This document shows positions 25,964-26,291 of a stretch of DNA of 26,291 nucleotides, piece after piece (positions within the stretch are counted from its first letter, which is position 1; each line of letters opens with the position of its first letter). A program made the translations under genes and the position numbers. The notes beneath the pieces were generated by a model. It was not told where the DNA came from. It saw only the letters and a program-made list of their open reading frames with translations, and did no database searches. The stretch spans positions 1 to 26,291 of the forward strand of contig JAYVCD010000094.1 in the NCBI GenBank assembly GCA_043750125.1, in the 5' to 3' direction. Source of the stretch: Archangiaceae bacterium. Lineage in GTDB: Bacteria; Myxococcota; Myxococcia; Myxococcales; Myxococcaceae.

Positions 25964-26291
25964 GTTGCGCTCGACAAAAGCGCGACCGGAAATCGCTTCA
26001 ACACCGACGCCAGCTTCACCGAGCCCTGCAGCCCCTGTTGCTCATCGAGGTGGGAAACGAAGGTTCCCTCAGGCAGCAGCACGTGCGTGTCGCCCCAATC
26101 GCTCGAAGGCCAACGAGCGACGATCACCACCGCGTGTCCCCCGCCCCGCCCTGCCCGCGCGAACGCGACCACTGACTCGACGCGCTCGCCCACGACTTTC
26201 AGCGGAACGTAGTCGGCGTTCTCATCGAACAGCTGCGGGCGGGCGGCGCGCAGCTTGAGCGCCTGGCGAATCACCCACAGCTTGGTCAGGC
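25960..26291 (-). CDS. treY: Malto-oligosyltrehalose synthase, C-terminal fragment (gene runs off the window)
   Basis: KLWVIRQALKLR..RP.LF....Y.PL...G....VVAFAR....WGDT...LP.G....FPVALL is the typical TreY C-terminus. There is a GTGA overlap with the treZ start. Confidence 0.88.
   Translation of the reverse strand, partial: LTKLWVIRQALKLRAARPQLFDENADYVPLKVVGERVESVVAFARAGRGGGHAVVIVARWPSSDWGDTHVLLPEGTFVSHLDEQQGLQGSVKLASVLKRFPVALLSSAT

Overview
This is a GC-rich, gene-dense bacterial chromosome segment. Its gene content (PEGA Ser/Thr kinase, TPR proteins, Cys-rich lipoproteins, GTP-PEPCK) suggests a myxobacterium, which is an inference. From left to right it contains: (1) a tightly coupled minus-strand operon of unknown function (about 30-3875) encoding a putative SAM-dependent transferase, a small nucleotidyltransferase, a group II PLP decarboxylase, a 3-His cupin and a truncated, possibly GH3-like ORF; (2) a vWA protein, pckG and an alpha/beta-hydrolase; (3) the oxidative pentose phosphate operon gnd-zwf-pgl; (4) a five-gene envelope module (12435-19545): TPR protein, orphan LivJ-like lipoprotein, pseudokinase+kinase-TM-PEGA protein, second TPR protein, and a lipoprotein with eight 14-Cys repeats; (5) two lipoproteins flanking an aldehyde dehydrogenase, then a DAG-kinase-family gene, surE, treZ and the 3' end of treY. 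No rRNA, tRNA, CRISPR array or mobile element was recognised. The best candidates for undescribed systems are the left-hand biosynthetic operon and the kinase/TPR/lipoprotein module. A 17-bp motif (16/17 identical) sits in front of both pckG and surE, next to sigma54-like boxes. All family assignments come from motifs read by eye, not from database searches.
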